From Eledone cirrhosa (lineage: Eukaryota), in assembly GCA_964016885.1 (NCBI GenBank), contig OZ024740.1:76632001-76696000 (forward strand): DNA of 64,000 bases. The letters run 5' to 3'. This document shows positions 38,786 through 53,719 of the stretch, one piece after another (the stretch's first letter is position 1; the number at the start of each line of letters is the position of its first letter). A model generated the notes under the pieces. That model had not been told where the DNA came from, searched no databases, and saw nothing but the letters and a program-made list of their open reading frames with translations. The position numbers and the translations under genes are program-made.

Positions 38786-41169
38786 TCATGGTGGTTTGAA
38801 GTTTGTGAATATAGTAGCTATTTTATGCCTACAGAAAATTGATCTTTCTATTTTGCTGTTAAGCAGCATCCCATCGTATTTTAAGATATGTAGTAGTTCT
38901 AAATTACAAAGCCCGCAGTGGGACATTCCGTTGTTGTAGGCTCTTGCTCCCGATAATTTTGACCAGCTAATCTTATATTCTAGGTGTTTGTCCTTAAGCT
39001 GCCAGATTTTATTGGCGAGCGTCGTAGAGTTCTCCAGTCTACGGTTCTTCATGGAGTGTCTGTGGACGTACCACCTTTTCTTGAACTCCCCAGCCGTGGA
39101 ACCTATGTAGTGCCAAGTAGAGTTGCCTGAATTTACAGTACACAGGTATACCATACTCGAATCTAGGCATCTATTCCGTAGTGGGCACTTATCCGGTAGG
39201 TGGCAATTACAATTTGAGGTTTTATTTTGTGCAGGTTCATCGTTGTGGTTTTGTAAGTTGTTGTGGGTGGGTTGTGAGTTAGGCCTATTAATGTTTTGTT
39301 GTGATGCGTTCTAATGTGTTTGTGGTTGTGATGTTATGTGTTTGTGTTTTGTATTTGGTGCTGTGGTGCATGTTGGTAGGTTAATTTCTTTAGAGATATT
39401 TTTGTAGTTGATCTTACGTATGTGCGATTCTATGTTGGCTGCAGGAGAGTAGGAAAGTTTTTTCTATTAAAGATTTTATGGTATTTGTGTAGTTTAGGGA
39501 GGTGTTTATCTATTAGTTAAAAGAATGTAGAAGGTAGTTTAGTTTTTATAGAGGAGTTGAATATTGAATTGAGCCATAGGTACTTTCTATCTCTGGATCT
39601 TCTATAGTTTTTGGGGGTCCTTATATTAGTGTTCTGCTCAGTTATTTTTGGTGCTCGTTGTTTAATTCTATGCCTAGTCCAGTCCTATGCTTGTTATTTC
39701 TATATGAGCGGGTAGTGTTGTTGTCGTTAGGTTTGTTGTTGTTGTCTCTATCTAGTCTCTATCTTATGTCCAGCCTTATGTAAAGCTATGTTATAATAGT
39801 TTGCGTGTTCGTTAAAAATTTCTAGGTTCGAAGATAGGCGGGATATTCTGAGAGATATACTATGTGCTATGGAGTTAATTATGGATCGGGGATGGTTTGA
39901 GTTATAATTAATGTAGGCTAGATTTTCGTTATTCTTATGGAAGAGCTCTATTAATCCTGTGTTTAGGTTGAGAGTTACATCTAAGAAATTTGCTTTTTTA
40001 GAGTTAAGTTCGAAAGTGATACCTATGCCTAGTTTATTGAAGAATACTCTAATGTTTTTTCGTAATCTTTCCATGTTTTGATTATTTAAGTTTTTGGCTA
40101 GAAGGAGTGTATCGTCTCTGTAAATTCCTCCTTGGAGGTTATTGAATTCCTTATGTACGTTGTGCGCTATATATATTCCCACCAAGTCCGTGACCTGAGC
40201 TGAGTCGTTAGATCCCATTGTGATATCGAAGCTATTCTGTCTGTTTTTTCGTTCCCAGTAAATATTTTCGAATCTAATGATAGTCCTTCTTGCAGCTAGT
40301 ATTATGTTAATTTCGTCCGAGGTAAGGTCCGAATTTTTCTGGGCAAAGGTTAGCGCTTTACCCAGGGTGACCGGGGATATGGATGAGTAGTAGTCCTTAA
40401 TGTCGAACTGTACGAAGTTAGATGTTTCTCTACTGTTTATTTTGCTGAACCAGTCTATTGCTTCGTTAGTGTTACCCCATAGATTAATTATTAGTTTGTC
40501 CTTAATTTGTGAGATTACTCTATCTAGTATATGCTTGCTAATTCTACCGATATCCGACTTAGATGGGCATATTAATCTAATTGTGGGGTCTATTTCGAAA
40601 TTATTTTTGTGATCCTTTAGGTTAAATGGGGGGTTACAAGGGGTTAGAGGCTCGGTTCTATCAGATATTTTCAGTTTTTTTTACTATGCTAAGTCCTTCC
40701 TTATTAATGATAGTGAGTGCAGATTCTGTTGTTTTTTTTTGTATTTTCTGTGCAATTCCCGGCGTATAAAATTATTGTATGTATTGAGGCTCATGGTGTT
40801 TGATGTTTTGTCTGCTTTTACTATAATACCGTTGATGTTGCGTAGTTTTGTTAGTAGTGCATTGATGTCGTTTTGTAATTTGTTGTGATGTGTCCGTTTT
40901 TTAAATTTAGTTCCACTTATCATGTTCATGAGGTCGAGTTCGAAGGCATCAAGCTGGGGGTTATTTGGTGGATTTTTGCAGGATTTGAATCCGTATTTTT
41001 CCCTAGTAAATTTCTTCGTGTTATTAGCGTGTCCTTTGTCGTAACGGTAGGCCTTCCATCGAATTCGACGGATGAAATCATTAGTACGCTGTATCATGCC
41101 GAGTGTATAGTCCTTGTTTGTAGGTATAGGTATGTTTTTCAAGGACATGCCTATGTGGTGCTTTTCCAT
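38786..41169 (-). pseudogene. PLE RT + GIY-YIG ORF with several frameshifts
   Basis: ORF pieces 40684-41169, 39748-40218 and 38786-39154; CNCHLPDKCPLRNRC linker; CGLCNLE...CRH. Confidence 0.88.
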
Positions 41170-41508
41170 GTTAGTGCTGTGCGTTAAGGTTGTTGCTTAA
41201 CCTAGTGAGAGTTGGGTATATGGGATAACAAGTTATCGTTATAGGTAATCCAGTTAGAGGTTGTGAGTACTCTGCGTCGTGGATAGTTTTAACGTACGGC
41301 TTTGTTTGACTCAACAAGATGCTTCCATAGTTATGCAGCGAGTTCGCGGTAATTTCTATGCAGGTTATACTTGGAGTAATAATAGTGAAAGAATGAAGAG
41401 TAACATGGTTGGCTGTACAATAACGGCTTTATTTAAAGTACTGACAATTGTTTCGTTGATCAGGTGTGTCTAGAGTTCGCTAATCGTTTGAGGTTGCGTC
41501 ACTCGATC

Positions 41509-41577
<69 letters not shown>

Positions 41578-41639
41578 GATCGCTGCATTTTAAAACTTAT
41601 TTAGATACACATGGTGCACTTTTTGGGCTGGGGGTGCTT

Positions 41640-42300
41640 AAACTAGAAATCGAATGAATTCATTTCGAACACATCTTTGTTTGAAATGTTAAAAGAAATG
41701 TACATGAGAGTAATATAATCTTTCTAGGAATGTCATCACATGATTAGCATACAAAGACGCAACTTTTGTGTCCATAAATGTTCCTTTTGTTTGTCTATAG
41801 GTTTTTTTCCACCGAAATTAGATACGTTTTATTTAAAAACCTGGAATGGTGGTTGGGTGAGGAAATCTGTTTTGAAGCGTCCATTTTTTGTCTTTATGGT
41901 TTTCTATTCAGTACTCCATCGTCTTTAGGCCTAATGAATGTGGTATGTTAGTGTAAAGACTTATTACGTTTTAGCGTGTTGAATAATTCTGGGACAGTTA
42001 ATGGAATGTGTTTAAGAAAATCCATCTCATTTGTATATAATTCTGTGTTTTGGGGACTTAGAGGTTTAATAATTAAGTCTATTAAGTAACTCAGACAATA
42101 TGTTGGAGACTGCGGTCTACTTCCATATATTGGTTATTTTGTATGAAGCAAATAGTGTTGATTACAACAGAAATAATATAGTAAATTCATGGTTTTGTGG
42201 AACAGCTAATCCAGGACTTGAATTGTATCTGTCCGAACATCTACTGAAATATAGTGGCCATCGAAACATAGTTGCTGGGCTCTGTCGGTCTGTAGTAAGA
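41640..42300 (-). pseudogene. Old decayed Penelope-like RT fragment (Neptune-like)
   Basis: Minus-strand pieces PQSPTYCLSYLIDLIIKPL, NVISLYTNIPHSLGL and KGTFMDTKVASLYANHVMTFLE. Confidence 0.65.
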
Positions 42301-45300
42301 AAGGTACGTAGCTTGGTGCGTTGTAGAGATTGCTTGATGTCGGTCCAGGTCTGGTACTCAGTAATTGGAGTGAGAGGTGATGAAGCAAAGACAGCAAAGA
42401 ATTGAACGTTCAGCGTCGGCTAATTTTAGGTCAAGAAGTAGATTAGCAACAACGTTTGGGGTGTTATAGATGTAGGTAGAGTTTGGAAAGTAGTGATTGG
42501 GTCAAGGAGTTGGTGCAACTTACGCGCTTTGGAGTATGAGAGGAAGTCGAATAATAGGTGCGCTCAAGATATACTGAGCAATGAGTGGGTTGTAGGTGAA
42601 AAAGATAGGTCTAGTAAATACAGATGCAATCAGTTATCTATGTTTATTGCCTGATAATAAGTTATTAATTAATTCTAGGTGTGGTCGAATAACATTTATT
42701 TTCTTGAAGAGAGATTATCTTTTATAGACTGGACGGAGCCTTTCTGGAAGCTGCTAACGAGATACCTGATTACGTGATGCTGCTACTGTAAATATTCCCC
42801 GAAGAACGCTTCATACAGAAGCCAACTGCTATCTGTCGCCATTACCCAGGCTTTATCATATCTTATGTTTATGTATAAATGGATAAATATGCAGAGATGT
42901 AAATAAGACAAATCTAGTCGGCTCAATCCCCATTCGAAACTGTCGGAAAAATCATGTGGTTTAAACCATCAAATTTAATTTCTCAGTATATGTTTATTAA
43001 ACACTATTATGAAGTCAGTGAGTTGATAGAGTCTTTAAAGCGTCAGCAAGAAGGCCTTGCAGAATCGGGTTCAAATCAAGTTGAAATCAACTTTGGTTTT
43101 CAACCTGCCGATGTCGATTAATGAAATACCAGTTAAACACTATTTGGGAACTTGTCTCTATATCTCTGTCTCTCCTTTCTCTCTCACCCTCGCTCTGATT
43201 TGTTTACGTGAGATAGGTCCTGGAAGGCCACTGACAACAATACTTTCTCGAGAAATGGAATAGGCTTGAGTGAGAGGTAAACACCCTCTTCTTATAGAAA
43301 ATACTAATATACTACTCGAACCGTTTAAGCGCGGCCCAATCTGCAGTACAGCCTGAAATAGCAATAAAGTAATAGGAAACATATGAGTATTTACATCTGT
43401 TTATACTACTGAGTCTACTGACCCCTGTACATCCAGCTAAGAGATCGACCATTCATATCAATCCATGGCTGTAAGTTATATCCATCGCCAAGACACGTAA
43501 TTAAACATTTGACACTTGAATGTAAAATAATTCTTGCTGTAATAGTATATATCTAAATACTTTTTGCAAAATTATTTGTCATTACATCAACCTGCTGTCC
43601 AAAGTGGGTTCTAAGTAATGTCAGCTTTCCCCGAAAAAGTACTGGAGTTTTGATATGATTTAATGGACATTTATTATATCATTTTTCTTTAAATCCTTTG
43701 TAAAACATTTTGTTTCATTTAATTTCTGACTAATTAATATTGGAGTGGTTTAAATTCTCCATAAAATATAGATATCAGTTCCGTGCTTAAAAAAAAAATT
43801 ATGAATGTTTGCTCTATAATATAAAATATCTCAAAATATTTTTTTCTGCAGTCAATATTTCATGATATCTAAGTATTCCTTAAACGCTTAGAATGCAATA
43901 TATTTAATATCTTAACATACCGCTTGTTAAAATATGTGACAGACATCTCGACCGGCCCAACTGAAACGACAACTCCAATAGGGTCCTTCCCCCAGGCACT
44001 AGCCTCTCTTGGAGCGGGTGGATGCCTCAAAATTGGCTACGTATAGGTGTCGCCTGATTCAATGCAGCCACGCACCACTGGAGTCTGCGTCCATCAGCAG
44101 CTTGCCAGTGTGGCTAACCAGAAAAGATTTTTCAACAAATACCGAGATAGTGCCTGGATCTCTACACTCAAAAGAATAAAGACACCACGCACCATAATAC
44201 CACTACCGTGAGCTGGTTTCAACACCTGTGGGATGTATTGTGATGTCTGTCTCATACGCAAGAAGATTGGATATTTGAATTAATCGTCCAATACAGCTGT
44301 CAATCTTCCACACAGTTTCTAGCTTCCTAATTTCTTTCATAAGAGCAGAGTCTATCCAATGCTTTGGCAACAATAAGATACCCACGATGACGTGCTGTCG
44401 GGTCGAAGGAAACTTCCTAATCACTCTGTCATACCAAAACAGATGCTACTATCTAGAATAAAATATAAAAGATATTATAATGCAATTTTAAATCATATTT
44501 TTTACTGTTTGTCCTCTCGGTTTGTATCTGATGTATCTGTTTAGGTATATGTTTTGGTATATGTAAAAACTAGCGTCTTGTTTTATCAACAGAAAAAAAT
44601 ATCACTAACATAAATGATGATAGTAAAACTTGCATGTGATTTTGAAAATTTGATTTTATATCTCTTATAAATCTTGTCTGTATTTCATTAATTATTTTCA
44701 TTTACTATCATAGTGTATATGATATAGTAAGTGTAAAAACTAGTTTCTAATTTTATTCACAGTTTTCTGCATCAATTAGTCTTTCTTGATCCATGAGGCT
44801 TAGCAGGCAGATGCTAATGCCAGTTTCTTGTAATGTTAAATGACAGAAAGTACTCATTATTTTTAGCCGAGTTTATAAGATCAACATAATATATGTGTCT
44901 TGCTCCAGGACGCAATGTGCCAATCGGTCCAGAATCGAAACCACCACCTTGCATTCTTCTGAACAGACCCATACCGACTAAACTGCTTGCCTTCGCATAC
45001 AGATTTATATACAAAATTAAATAGATTCGATCCCTTGCATACGGTTAATAATAATTATTTTGATATCAAAGTAAGTAAGAAAACCAGAACAAACTATTTG
45101 GCACAATCTTCAATCCATCTTTTTCTTTTCATTTTACTAAATCTATTCTTTCAATATTATTTATTCAAGTAATGCACTGGGTAATTGCTGGCCTTGTGCC
45201 AAAAGTAGAAACAATTATTTATTCATTAAGTATATAAGTTTTTTAAGGGTTCAATTGGTAGAGACATTAGTGCGTTGGATACAATGTGTTGCGATATCTA

Positions 45301-46755
45301 TTTCGGGTTTTTGCGTTTTGCGTTAAAATCATCTAGGGTCACTGCCTTTCATCGTTTCGGTTATGATGAAGATTATACCAACCAGTGCTTGTGTCGATCT
45401 CTCACCCTCTAGCTGTCATATTCTCGATGTTCCAGGATAAAAAGATAAAAAAAGTATTCGTGTCTTCTCGCAACCACATTGATACATAACACAATCAGCG
45501 AAAGTCCCAGCTTCACAGGTCTTATAGTTGTAAATATGAGGAATTGATGAGAAATTAAAACCGAATATTTCCATTCCTTTTAGAAGGCTGACAAAGACAC
45601 GAGGAAAGCTATGAATGGCTTCAAACGAGGTTGAACAAACAGCATACGTCGAATAGGCTTAGTTTACTGATATTTTTGTTTAACCCTCTGGAGCACAGGA
45701 CTGTGGCTATTGACGGCTGTACAAAAATATACACAGAAAAGTAATTCATGAGAACTAAAGTTCTGGTGATGAAGGACTGGAGTGCCGTTGTTAGTGAAAA
45801 AGCCTGCAGAATTTTAAGATTTATTATAGTGTTAGTGAAAAAGCATGCAGAAAATGTGTCACAATATGGGTGGTGAGAAGAAATTCTGTAGCTGAAGTGA
45901 CACGAGACCAGCCATTTCGTAAAACACAGATCACTGTTGTAGCGTTAGAAAGGGCAGAGATAGAGACACCATGATCGTATCTGCAGGCCACAGATTGGAT
46001 TGGATTGATGTGTGACTTCTTTAGATGTGATGCAGGGCGGTTGAGGATATAATAATCGAACAGTTTGCCACGTCCCTTTCTGCACTCGTTACTTATCTAC
46101 GGTATTACTGGAAACCAGTAATTCATTAATATGACGATATTATGTGATGTTCATGCATTTCTCAAGGTCATTAATAAACGTAATTGAAGTAGAACACGCT
46201 AAAACCGGAATCGCATTGAAAATTATTGATACCATGTCAGTTTAATGAGTTCTTAATCTGTAATTAATATTTATATTATGTTTATATCCGGAAGTATTTC
46301 CTTTCATTAGTCTCAGATGTGGGAAGGAAGACATTTGTTGGTGATTTGATTTCAAATTAGTTTCATCCCGTTTGAAATATATTTTTTCTAAATTTTCGGA
46401 ATCTTGTACGTCGGTGGTGGAAAAATGTATTTTTATTTCATATTTTCTGTGGTTGCTTTTCGTAAAAATTAAAATATTGAGCCTTCCCAAAATGAAGGGA
46501 CGATTTTTTTTTCACTTTTGTAGTGTTAAACGAATGAGAGGAAAATCAAACCCAGGATAGAACGCCAGTCTATTGCAGCTCCCACAGATATTCTGGAGTC
46601 TAAAGTGTTTAAACATCTATATACAGCTAAATCAGGTCTATATATAGATAAGGAAAAAGAATTTAATGGTATTTTTCAGCTTTCATCTTATGTAAGGAAA
46701 TGAAATAAGTTTGATGTGATAATTAAACGTCCTTATATATATATATATATATATA

Positions 46756-47223
46756 TATAATAACTAGAAATTGATTAACATATATATAAACATGAATAAT
46801 CACAGGAGATAATTTTTACAAGTGTGTAACCACACATAGCTAGATAGGTAACTAAATAAAGTTGACTAGAACTTCAAAAATAGATACCTTATAATATGAT
46901 TAATCTTCCCTGTATATATTCCATTAAAGAAATATATTTCACCAATTAATCAGATGGTAAACCACGGAAGTGGAGATTTTGGATTTTCAACAAGGAAGAA
47001 AATTTCCAGCCATCCGCGCTTACACTTCAAGTTCAAATCTGCAACTGGCTACTACCACGTGTTGTATTTACTATAAATACACACATCATAGGTATCTATT
47101 TTTGAAGTTCTAGTCAACTTTATTTAGTTACCTACCTAGCTATGTGTGGTTACACACTTGTAAAAATTATCTCCTGTGATTATTCATGTTTATTTATATG
47201 TTAATCAATTTCTAGTTATTATA
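46756..47223. repeat. ~135-bp inverted arms with ~200-bp spacer, starting at (TA)n
   Basis: 46756-46890 is the reverse complement of 47090-47223. Confidence 0.9.
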
Positions 47224-47408
47224 AAATGCTCGGACCTACTCGTTAGAATCTTGGAGCTTATTTTCCGGGTGATATAGCGCATGCCTTTCTGGCATGACAC
47301 CCATAATTTTGATTTAGATTAAATTCATTTAATTTATCTTAATTTTGGATATATATATATATATATATATATGTGCGCGCGCGTGTGTGTGGGTGTGGGT
47401 GGGTGGGT

Positions 47409-47473
<65 letters not shown>

Positions 47474-47661
47474 TGTGTGTGTGTGTGCATGTATGTATAG
47501 ATGGGTGGAGAGATGGATACTTTTTAAATTTTATTTGAAAGATGAGGCCTTTAGATATAGACTTGAATATTTCAAGAAATAACTTATTGATGACTACTTA
47601 ATCATGTTTCAATACTTGTTATCATGTTTGCAACTAGCTCGCTAGCGGTGGACATCATTGC

Positions 47662-47725
<64 letters not shown>

Positions 47726-47756
47726 TGTATATATAGTGTATTTTGCAATACACTGT

Positions 47757-48600
47757 ATTGGTATGTGTAAAACCAAACTCGCTAGCTTCAATTCAGTATT
47801 CGGGCCAATTCTTACCTATGGTAATGAATCATAGATAATGACCGAAATTATGCGATCGCGAATACAAGCGGACAAAATGGGATTCCTTCGAATGGTCTTT
47901 GGTGTAACGTTACTCGATAGAGGTGTGCAGCTCGGAGATCAGAAAATCACTCCAGCAAAACCGCTACTTCTCCGAGTTGAGAGATCAAAACTCCGATATT
48001 ATGGCCATGTGATTAGAATCTCTCAGGAAAGAGTGGCCGGACAGATTTTACAGGCAAAACCAACCGGCAGCGGCTTCATCGGTAGATACCGCGCAAGATG
48101 GTTGGATAACATCCATCAGCTTGGCTGGTCTCGCTTTGTGATCTAGCCGGATAAGTTGGAAATGGTTGCTTCTGACAGTACCCGTTTGAAGTAGTGTTTG
48201 AGGACTCTTCCCTCACTTATTCCTCTCAGGAATAATACAATACACTTTCTACACTACTCTACTTGATACCTTAATAAATATTATCCCTTCTATGTTACAT
48301 TACACCACATAATACAATACTCTGCTATAGTATACGAAAACAAACAGGTAGTTGATTTCAATATTCAAATTTATATCTTGGAGTTATTTCCCTTTGGTAT
48401 ATTACGTTTTTTTTTTTCGTAAACATTCGTTCTTAGCAAAATTTACATTTAAAGGTATCGTATAAAGTCGTATAAACGCCTGAAGAAAGGTCACTATTTT
48501 GATGCCCCTTGTTATCTGGATATATGGTCAAATTTGGGTCTTGTAACCTTGGGTAGCGCCTTTGTTCCGTGTATAAACATCAATAAATAATATATATATT

Positions 48601-48654
<54 letters not shown>

Positions 48655-49251
48655 ACTACCTGTTTGTTTTCGTATACTATAGCAGAAGTATGGTATTATG
48701 CGGTGTAATGTAACATAGAAGTGATAATATTTATTAAGGTATCAAGTAGAGTAGTGTAGAAAGTGTATTGTATTATTCCTGAGAGGAATAAGTGAGGGAA
48801 GAGTCCTCAAACACTACTTCAAACGGGTACTGTCAGAAGCAACCATTTCCAACTTATCCGGCTAGATCACAAAGCGAGACCAGCCAAGCTGATGGATGTT
48901 ATCCAACCATCTTGCGCGGTATCTACCGATGAAGCCGCTGCCGGTTGGTTTTGCCTGTAAAATCTGTCCGGCCACTCTTTCCTGAGAGATTCTAATCACA
49001 TGGCCATAATATCGGAGTTTTGATCTCTCAACTCGGAGAAGTAGCGGTTTTGCTGGAGTGATTTTCTGATCTCCGAGCTGCACACCTCTATCGAGTAACG
49101 TTACACCAAAGACCATTCGAAGGAATCCCATTTTGTCCGCTTGTATTCGCGATCGTATAATTTCGGTCATTATCTATGATTCATTACCATAGGTAAGAAT
49201 TGGCCCGAGTACTGAATTGAAGCTAGCGAGTTTGGTTTTACACATACCAAT
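47757..49251. repeat. ~600-bp inverted duplication containing an RTE-like LINE 3' fragment
   Basis: 47757-48356 is the reverse complement of 48651-49251; mirrored ORFs 47838-48146 (+) and 48862-49170 (-); motifs PILTYGNES, MGFLR, LRYYGHVIR. Confidence 0.92.
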
Positions 49252-49533
49252 CCTTCATGCAACAGTTGAAATCGTTCCACGCCGAGTTCTGCAGTAATGG
49301 CATGTGCTGGGATGAGGTGGGGTGAGTGGAATTAATTGTTAGTGTGGGGCCTTGAAAACTGGACACAATATGGGTCATGAGAGACAAATGAGGGTGTTGT
49401 ATTTGGGTGGCAAGATGACAGCCAGGAGCAGGGACCATTGTAGCAGTGTTAAAAAAGGCAAAGAAAAAAGACAGATTGTCCGTGAGCCAGAGGACGGAGC
49501 GTCATTGAGACGCACACATACCCTACACACACA

Positions 49534-49594
<61 letters not shown>

Positions 49595-49629
49595 AGAGAA
49601 ACAAACACACACACACACTCACACACACT

Positions 49630-49720
<91 letters not shown>

Positions 49721-50361
49721 CACTTCCGTGCGAGCGAGACATGGTCTTCCGACCATTCCCGCATCAAATGGAACAAAACCGTCTAACCCATGCTAGCGTG
49801 GAAGATGGACGTTAACCGATGATGTTGATGATGTGTGTGACGTTCGGTTGATCGAGTAACTATATGCTCATTGTTAAAACCGATGGAGGAGCGATCATCA
49901 TCATATCATATAATATTATTTTTTTATCATTACCATCTTTATTTATTTATGTATTGATTGTTTTGATTGACTTGAATGACTCCTCAGAATTCACTTGGTG
50001 TAACAACTGAATGTTCATCGTCGAGATCGACAGAGAATTCAACAACTAAATATACAAAAATATGGCATGGTCGTGGATGGACTGCCTTTGATATTAGGTC
50101 TGCTCGCTCAAAGTTGATTTGTGTTAAACAAGATAAATTTGTTATGGAATTAATTATGTATGCGAATATACAAAGTGGGCCATAATGAGCTTGTATGTAC
50201 GTATGATCACGTAACTCCCGAGGAAGTTGTAGGGTATCATATTGACATAGTGCATTTCTAAGGAATTTTAAACCTGGCGGAGCCTCTGCCTCTCCAGTGT
50301 TGAATACAGCAGATTCTTTTTCCAGAGGAGGACAGAGAAAGTAAAATAATTGTTTCTTCTT

Positions 50362-50525
50362 TTGGCACAAGACCAGCAATTATCCCAGTACATTACTGGT
50401 ACTTTATTTTATCGACCTCGTAAGGATGAAAAGCAAAGTTAACCTCGGCGGGATTTGAATCAGACCATAAAGGGCCGTAACTTTTTGCTGCAAAGCTTGG
50501 CGTCCGACCCTCTACCGATACGGTC
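50362..50525 (-). mobile_element. Nin-domain SINE
   Basis: Matches 4540-4700. Confidence 0.75.
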
Positions 50526-52034
50526 GTGAGAAATGTATATAGAGACAGAATCGACCTCAGTACTAGACTGGTTCTTTTTTATCGATCTTGAATGGATGAA
50601 AGATAAAGTTGACCATATAATGATATAATGAACTTAGGAAATATAAAGAAACATAATAATGGTGTACTTGCAGTGGGTAGCATTTTGAACAAAAGGTCAA
50701 GAGATGGCAGTTCTCGAAACTGTGATGCAGCCATTATGTATATATGTATGTATTTATGTATGTATGTATGTATGCACTCGTTACTGCTCATGTATATGTA
50801 AGAGTGCCGAAGTGACATACTTGGGCACTTTAAACCTGGCAGAGCTTATTCCCTGTTAAGGCCTAAACAATGCCGATTTCTTCTAGAGAAGACAAAATGA
50901 ATTTGGTTTTCTTACAGCCGTGTAACGCACTCAGTTTATGATTATCTGAATAGAGACTGGGGCAGGTAATTAATATTCGAAATAATTTGTTAAATAATTT
51001 GTTAAATAAATATTTTATTTCATTTAGTAATTATTTAGTTAATTTCAATTTCCTAGTTGCAGTGGAGTCTGAAATAGTTGGGCGGACACTTAAACAATCA
51101 ATGAAGCATAGAATTATGTAGTAAAAAATAGATTAATTGGTAAGAAACTTTATTGTAGCTGGATATGCGAGTTGTGTTAATGATAGCAATAATAGAGGAA
51201 ACATTATTGACGGAGCCTGTAGCTGGAGCCAACAAGGAAGTTTATCCATTGAGCCAACTAGGCAGCAACACGGGCCAGCATGGTAAACTCTATGTGGACG
51301 TTGGACTTAATAGAAATAGCAGCCAAATTTCTCCAAGGTTATATACTGCTCTCTTAAATAGGAAAAAATCCACATTTGATAATCCAATCCTGCGTAACCC
51401 TTAAGAGACAGATTGTCTCAAATGGATTGCTTTTCAACAGTGGCTCACAAATTTATTTTGTCGTGAAACCTTAAACAATTTTTATAAAAAAACAGCAGAA
51501 CCCATACCTATATTTTACATACAATCTCCACCCACTAATTTTAATAAAGCATCAAATTAAAAAAAAATTGTATACATAGCATATAACCATTTATAAATTT
51601 GATTCTATTAAATGATGTTTCAATACGTGACATATCAGAACGTGTTCGCAAAAGCCTGGTGTTTTTTGGAACCCACTTTGGGAGACATTGCTTTTTATCA
51701 TAGACCTGCTCAATAATGATTGGCCTGGGGCTAAACAATTAGCAACAACACTAGTAAAGAAGTAGATTTTCAAGCAAGTCTTACCAGTTTTAAAACTATT
51801 AGTAAAAAAATCGGGATAATGCCGCTAAAATAACTGTTTGATTCTAAATCCATATACAATATAAACTATGTTTTAACACAAACTACGTATTAATAGAAAT
51901 CATGTATTAGCACAAACCAATTATCAAATTTAAAATGTCACTCAAAATTGAAACCGAATTGTAATGATCTAACGTCAGCACATCTGCTAATCTCATCAAT
52001 ATTACATGATTGTGTCTGTCATATGTTGTAAGTG

Positions 52035-52077
<43 letters not shown>

Positions 52078-53719
52078 ACCACGTGGGCGCGTACATGTGC
52101 GAGCGCGTGTGTATGAGTGTGTGAATGTGTGTTTGTGTTGTAAAAAGGAAAAAGTATGCACCACGCTGAGTCAAGTATGAAATTTAGTTTCAGTTTCCTG
52201 TTGTTGTTTACCCCTAATCGAGCAGACCTATGATCAAAGGCATTCCAGTTGTGACCTTCCCGGTTTTCTTTTCAAATATCATAAATATGTAACTGCAAAA
52301 TCCAATGTCTCCTTCCAATAAGATCATATAGGTTGATTTGGAGGCGATTTGGTTGCTATTTTCAGCAAGTCAAATGACCACATAAATGTTTTTACTTTTG
52401 CTTGTTTTTACTTTTGCTTGTTGAAGCTATTTGTATTCAATTGCTGTCTTTTGAAAAGATAAGAGCATTCTAATCTCATGAGAATCAGGTCTGATGCAAC
52501 CAAATTATAGTAGGGTGAAATGAATTAAAAATTGGAATTAAAGAAAAAAACATATTGGTACTGAAATATTTCTAGAAAGTTCCATTTAGAAAGCGAGAAA
52601 TGTATAAACAAGCTAGAAAAAATATTTACATTTATATCTAATGCAGTTTTTCTTTCTTCAAAAACAAATATATCAGAGTAATGCAATAAAATGGATATAG
52701 TTTTCATAGTTGATGATTATTTGCAGGGTAAAACCTGAAGAGATGCTTTCCAGATGGAGCAACAAATAACACGGCTAATATTTTAGTTTCGGCGAATTAC
52801 TTTGAGGAAAGGGTCTCATTCCAATGAAGTCAATCAGTGTTTTGTTAGTCAAGTAATATAAGCTGGCTCTGAGATAATCTGCTGCACATTGTAGGGTCAT
52901 ACAGGAAGTTATGGGAGGTTTTCAGGGAATATCACATGATATGCATCCTGGAGGCGGCGAACTGACAGCATCATTAGACAGTTGGATAAAATGAATTGTG
53001 ATATTCGTTCCGGCTCTCTGCGCTCTATGTTCAAATCCCATCCTAGTCAACTTTTGTTTTTATTCTATCAAGGTTACTAAGAAAAATACCAGTCTAGTAT
53101 TGGGATCGATTGTTCCTCTATATCACACTATTTCTCTCCCTTTCTGGAAGAAATTGACTGTTTAGACCTGGAGAAGGATGGGCCAAAGATACTCTGTATG
53201 TCACTACGACGCTCATGCGACTCAACTGTGAGTTACGCGTCTATACATACTGGAACACATCTCCGTGAGTTACGGGTTCATGCATACTTGAACACATCTC
53301 CGTCCCGTTGGAAAGGGGACAAAATAAAATATTTCTCTTTCCAATTTGAGTTGATAACAGCTGTGGCTTGACAATTGGTCAACAATGTGATATTTATTCA
53401 CCTTGTTAAATGAGATCAAATACGTGATTGATACTGATTAGATACAACCTGTGATAAGCCGAAGTGTCGTTTCCTACTTCTTGTTATTATCGTTATTGCT
53501 TAGTCGCAGATTAATCCTGATCGAATAGATATTTGGCTGCTATTTTCAGCGGATCGAGTAGCCGAGTAGAGGCTGCCATGTTCGTTGATAAATCAAAACG
53601 TACATATAATGTTCGTGAAGTAAGAGTATTTATATACGTAATACAAACTCCCAAACACCCGTTGAATCAATGGATACATTGGACTATGTAGACATATATA
53701 TATATATATATAAAAATAC

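Larger units (their letters stand above)
37995..41510 (-). mobile_element. Second, divergent Naiad-type Penelope-like element, near full length with direct pLTRs
   Basis: Direct repeat 38011-38130 / 41388-41508. The broken ORF runs from SLKNIPIP (start 41169) through GIYRDD and NFLDVTLNL to a GIY-YIG (MVYLC...YIGST..FKKRW). TA repeats at both ends. Confidence 0.9.

Noticed and set aside
35790-39210. Selenocysteine recoding as reported for some Naiad elements
   Set aside because: The conserved Cys positions in both GIY-YIG regions are TGT/TGC; no in-frame TGA was seen there.
46920-46957. Minus-strand CTGATTA...GAAA hammerhead-like motif
   Set aside because: Non-canonical core and no helix II.
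42800-53600. Host exons in the less repetitive stretch (e.g. ORFs 44203-44424, 49984-50379, 51165-51404)
   Set aside because: No recognisable domain or consistent splice pattern; small exons cannot be excluded without RNA data.
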